40,740 bases of DNA from Octopus bimaculoides (Eukaryota): contig NC_068986.1 in assembly GCF_001194135.2 (NCBI RefSeq), forward strand, positions 26,975,076 to 27,015,815, in the 5' to 3' direction. The position numbers and the translations under genes are program-made. Below, in pieces: positions 36,335 through 40,740 of the stretch (the first letter of the stretch is position 1; each line of letters opens with the position of its first letter). The notes beneath the pieces are model-generated. The model saw only the letters and a list, made by a program, of their open reading frames with translations. It ran no database searches and was not told the origin of the DNA.

Positions 36335-36620
36335 AACAAATTGACTCAAGTTCTTATTTTAAGCCTGGTACTTATTTTGTTAGGCACTTTTGCTGTAGTG
36401 CTAAGTTACAGGGACATAAAGGAACCAACACTGGTTGTCAAGTGGTAAGAGAGACAAAACAAATACTAAGACACACACCAAGTGGCTTCTCATAGTTGCC
36501 ATCTACCGAATTCACTGACAATGCATTGGTTAGCCCTTAGGTGATAGTAGAAGATACCTGTCCATGGCCTTACACGGCAGTTGCAAAGCAAACTTCTTAA
36601 TCCCACAGTCATTCCTGGTC
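36335..36620 (-). mobile_element. Second copy of the 34465-type SINE
   Basis: aagcctggtacttattttg...gctaagttacagggacataaaggaaccaacactggttgtcaag...gtagaagatacctgtcc. Confidence 0.7.
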
Positions 36621-36679
36621 AAAAGAAAAGGAATAAAAAGAAATTTTGTTGGCCAATAAGATAAAGATTATAATATTTA

Positions 36680-36910
36680 TTTCTTTATTGCCCACAAGGG
36701 GCTAAGCATAGAGGGGACAAACAAGGACAGACAAAGGGATTAAGTCGATTATATTGACCCTAGTGTGTAACTGGTACTTATTTAATTGACTCTGAAAGGA
36801 TGGAAGGCAAAGTTGACCTTGGTGGAATTTGAACTCAGAACATAATGGCAGATGAAATATTGCTAAGCATTTTGCCCAGCGTGCAAATGATTCTGCCAAA
36901 CTCACTGCCT
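36680..36910 (-). mobile_element. SINE, family C, full length
   Basis: The reverse complement of aactggtacttatttaattgac...ggtggaatttgaactcagaac...attctgccaaactcactgcctt matches the 17275 copy. Confidence 0.85.
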
Positions 36911-36934
36911 TGATTATAATATTGGTTGCACATT

Positions 36935-37144
36935 TTAAGCCTTCAGCATTCAGATTACTCTGTTGAATGTAATGCTTATTAATTCACACTGTTTTGAATT
37001 AATCATGCATTGTCTTGTAGGTTTCAGATTTTGATGGTGTATTTGTTTATTTTTTAGAATGACATTGTAGGATAACTGTGAAAGGCCAGCTCTAGCCAGT
37101 TTGAATATAAAGCATGTGGAAAATTTGGGCTTGATATGGTCTCT
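36935..37144 (+). mobile_element. MITE, family D (3' end truncated), inverted relative to the adjacent copy
   Basis: TTAAgccttcagcattcagattactc...gaattaatcatgcatt...tagaatgacattgtagg. Confidence 0.8.
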
Positions 37145-37343
37145 TTAACCCTTTAGCATTTAAACTGGCTATAACCAGCCTGATCTGGCTGGCTTCTCAC
37201 ACCTACCCGACAATGTCATTCTAAAAATAAACCAAATACATCACTGAAATTTTGAAATTTCAAGATAATGCATGATTAATTCAAAACAAGGTGAATAAGT
37301 AAGCATTACATTTGACAAAGTAATCTGAATGCTAAAGGGTTAA
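37145..37343 (-). mobile_element. MITE, family D, complete TIRs
   Basis: TTAA-CCCTTTAGCATT ... AATGCTAAAGGG-TTAA. Confidence 0.88.
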
Positions 37344-37694
37344 AAGAATGAACTGTGGTTGGTACTTATCAGTTAAAGAAAAATGAAAGGCATTGTTGAT
37401 CTGAACTCAGAATGTAAAACAACTAAATACTACAAAGCATTTTGTCCATTTTGTCCATTTTCTCTATATGATTGTAAAGACAAAAGGACTAAGAATGAAG
37501 GAATGCTCAAGGAAATCCTAGTCAGCCATTCATCTAACTAATATCTGTGTGGCAGGCCTGGTGGCTGTAATAAAAGGATTTCTAACACTGGTTCAATGGC
37601 ATAGATTTTGTCTGAATGCCTCTCTGAGTTTGTTAATCAACTGTTCTGCCACATGGGACTGGAAACAAAGAACATTGCTTGCATGGTGGTGACA

Positions 37695-37830
37695 CAACTA
37701 TCACGCAATGTCAAGGCAAGGAGACAGTAACGCGCGTATGCACACACACACTCAGCTTCTTTCAGTTTCTACAAAATTCACTCACAAAGCTTTGGTTGGC
37801 TTGGGCCATAAGTAGAAGACAGTTGCTCAA
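37695..37830 (-). mobile_element. Family B SINE fragment
   Basis: gcttctttcagtttctacaaaattcactcacaaagctttggttggc...agtagaagacagttgc. Confidence 0.7.
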
Positions 37831-38275
37831 CTGCAATTGTCACCATTTGTATTTGCTTAACCTGTTTACTCATTGATGCCATTCATGCCTTCCAGTAGCA
37901 TTTAACAAGGCCTTAGCTACATGGAGAGAGCTAACTGTATCGCATATAATAAATATACTTACCCAATCCCACCCTGTAATCTTTTGCTCCATGCATTTGC
38001 AGATGTTTTTAAAATCCTGCAAAAGAAGGAATGATCATTTGGCGAGAGAGAGAGAGACAGAGACAGAGGGGGCGTGAATGGTGCCATACAAAAATGCATT
38101 TTTGTTTTTGTCGTTTATCCTCCATCAACTAAAGTCAAGTTTAATTTTCCAATAGTGTTTATAAACTGTATTGTATTACTGTTGAGACAAGGAAGAGATT
38201 TTGTATTTTTGCTTTATGATTGTAAGATTATAATGCAATTTTAAATATTTTTCAAGAAAGTTGTGCTAGGAAATT

Positions 38276-38487
38276 NNNNNNNNNNNNNNNNNNNNNNNNN
38301 NNNNNNNNNNNNNNNNNNNNNNNNNNNNNNNNNNNNNNNNNNNNNNNNNNNNNNNNNNNNNNNNNNNNNNNNNNNNNNNNNNNNNNNNNNNNNNNNNNNN
38401 NNNNNNNNNNNNNNNNNNNNNNNNNNNNNNNNNNNNNNNNNNNNNNNNNNNNNNNNNNNNNNNNNNNNNNNNNNNNNNNNNNNNNNN
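38276..38487. other. Assembly gap (N), followed by (TA)n
   Basis: Run of N. Confidence 1.
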
Positions 38488-39508
38488 ATATATATATATA
38501 TATATATATGAAAGCATTAATCTTCATTTTCCAGCTGATAATTTTTTTCCCTTAACATTTCTTTATAATCTCTTATTAATGCTGTTATTTATTTATTGCT
38601 TTTTTTAAAAAATCATTATTAATTCAGAACTGTTATTTTGCATACATTCATTCTGGTGTCTTTACATTCCTTCTTTGTCCTTCCTGTCAAATGTACCTGT
38701 CACTCAAAGGCTGATATTGGTCTAATTCATTCTATTTTCACAAAGAAACGTTCTTTGCTTTTTCTTTCCTTTCACTGCTCCTTGAAATAATAATAATAAT
38801 ATAAAGAAATCAAGCAGCAGTGAGCAGAAGTGTGTTTTTCGGTTGGAAATTTTAATCTTCAGTTTTCTCAAGGAGGCTGTTAATTGCCTCTATGTCTCCT
38901 TTTCACTGCTGGTAAGTGGTTTGTGAGTATCTCAGACTTCTAATCTTTCTTATGCTGACGGTGATTACTGTCTGCTGCTGCCAATATGGTAAGGTGACAA
39001 TATTAGCTGAGATTGTTGAGAATTAGTGCTGTTTAATTTCCAAGTGAATAAATTTAATTGTCTTCATATTCTCATAGACCATACTGGAGAAGATTTGATA
39101 GAGTGTACTAGGAAAAGTGCTAGCTTCAATATTGGCTGGTTTCAAGGAGACAATCTGCATTGTCCTAGAGCAAGGCTTATGGCATTGAGTGGAGCTGTTT
39201 ACTTTTAATCATAGCTCATGTAGACATAATCTGCTCATTTATTTCCATCCAGGACATGTTGAGATTATCAAGCAATATTTTCTCTCCTGTAAGAGACTGC
39301 TGAAGGCACAAATAGCAAAGAGGTTGGACACATTAAATATCTGCATCTACGTGTTGATAAGGTTTCTTTAGAGTTTTCCTTTTTTTCTTTTTTCTTTTTC
39401 CTGTTTTGAAAGGTAGCAGTAATTTCTTCTTGGCTTTTATTTATATATTTATTAAATATTTATCTTGAAACAGCTAAGTTATGCACCACCCACATATTTC
39501 TTGAGTCA

Positions 39509-39543
<35 letters not shown>

Positions 39544-39924
39544 ATTTTGATTCTTACTTATTTATTGGAATAATACATTGTTTACTCAGAGATGAATAAT
39601 CTTTTAGGTGGTGGTGTTGTTTGTTTTTTCGTTACTCAAAAGTAATGTTTGATAAGCAAGATATTTTTTCTAATTAATTATTTGAGATTCCTATCTCTCA
39701 CTCAAAGAATATTTTAAAAGTATGTGTATACATTATATTTCAGCTATCTTTGGTATTAGAAGTGTTGAACGATATGTAAATTCTTCCATTATTATTATTT
39801 TTTTTTTTTTTCTACATATGTCTCTCCCTAGACCACTGTGTGTTCACTTAACTTGGAGCTATTGAAAAGAATGTATTTCTTGCCTACATCCAAGAAATAC
39901 TAGGCTTTTTATGAGCCAATCAAG

Positions 39925-40125
39925 GAGCCTCTATGTGGCTGTTCAACTTGCTAGAAAAAATATCCAAATAAACTACACCCACCATCTTAAAAAAAGGAAG
40001 GACACATTGAATTATGTCCTAGATTCATTATGTCTGAAAATTGATGAGGAAGGTCATGTTTAGAATGCCTTTGACTATAGGCTTGCTTTGTCAGAGATGA
40101 CTTATTGTTAGACAATCACAATAGC
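39925..40125 (+). mobile_element. Interspersed repeat, family G
   Basis: gagcctctatgtggctgttcaacttgctagaaa...gacacattgaattatgtcctag...gaatgcctttgac; related in reverse to 20880-21010. Confidence 0.55.
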
Positions 40126-40234
40126 TAGAACATCTTGTTATCAAATCCATAACGAGGAGACACACTTATTGCAGTGATTAGTTGGGCTACCGATCAGTTA
40201 TACATGTCATTATTTTGTTCACAATCTTGAGATA

Positions 40235-40390
40235 TCATCATCATCAACATCATCGTTTAATGTCCACCTTCCGTGCTGGCATGGGTTGGACGGTTTGACA
40301 GGAGCTGGATAGGTTAGGAGCCTGCACTAGACTTCTGTGTCTGTTTAGGCCCAAGTTTTACAGCTGGATGCCCTTCCAAACACTACTCCA
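40235..40390 (-). mobile_element. 3' tail of a family A SINE
   Basis: catcatcgtttaatgtccaccttccgtgctggcatgggttggacg...tacagctggatgcccttcc is the reverse complement of the family A tail. Confidence 0.85.
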
Positions 40391-40524
40391 CCCAGTTGTT
40401 TTTAATCCACAGAGTGATGATGTTGATTAAGCTATCGTGTGTCGGTGCAATAGACCTTGTTGAAAATTATGGCATTCTTTTTCTTTTCTACTCTAGGCAC
40501 AAGGCCCATAATTTTGGGGGAGGG

Positions 40525-40680
40525 GGGGCAGTCAGTTTGATCGACCCCAGTACACTACTGGTACTTAATTTATCGACCCCGAAAGGATGAAAGGCAAAGT
40601 CGACTTCGACGGAATTTGAACACAGAACATAAAGATGGACAAAATACCAGCATGTTAACGTTTCTGCCAGCTTGCCTTAT
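40525..40680 (-). mobile_element. SINE, family C (young)
   Basis: ctggtacttaatttatcgaccccgaaaggatgaaaggcaaagtcgacttcgacggaatttgaacacagaac...ttctgccagcttgcctt. Confidence 0.85.
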
Positions 40681-40740
40681 GGCATTCTGTGTTAGTTTAG
40701 TGGCAGTAATATAGGCAGCTTTTGTGTGTGTGTGTGTGTG

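Noticed and set aside
1-40740. CRISPR array, prokaryotic operon or defence system
   Set aside because: No regularly spaced repeat-spacer structure and no gene-dense regions; the DNA is eukaryotic and repeat-rich.

Overview
AT-rich eukaryotic genomic DNA from a gapped draft assembly (8 N-gaps, several at microsatellite edges). It is not prokaryotic: no operons, rRNA, true tRNA or CRISPR arrays are visible. The repeat landscape (dense TA/CA/ATG/TAC microsatellites, abundant short tRNA-derived SINEs with (ATG)n tails, TTAA-flanked MITEs) resembles an Octopus/cephalopod genome; this is recognised from memory, not from a database search. Most of the window looks like intronic sequence of a large plus-strand gene. 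One coding exon is well supported (6143-6298, 52 codons, product not recognised), and several weaker exon candidates exist on both strands. Nearly all ORFs in the supplied track are microsatellite or N-gap artefacts. Two decayed LINE relics are recognisable by protein motif: an RTE-type reverse transcriptase (29860-30620) and an R4/Dong-type restriction-like endonuclease tail (27385-27760). I found no convincing novel multi-gene system. The best leads are RNA-level: a perfect AG|GTAAG (recursive-splice-like) junction, a non-TE 32-bp inverted repeat covering a 3' splice-site-like tract, a head-to-head MITE pair forming a ~400-nt hairpin, and antisense exon-like segments. Family labels A-G below are my own working names.
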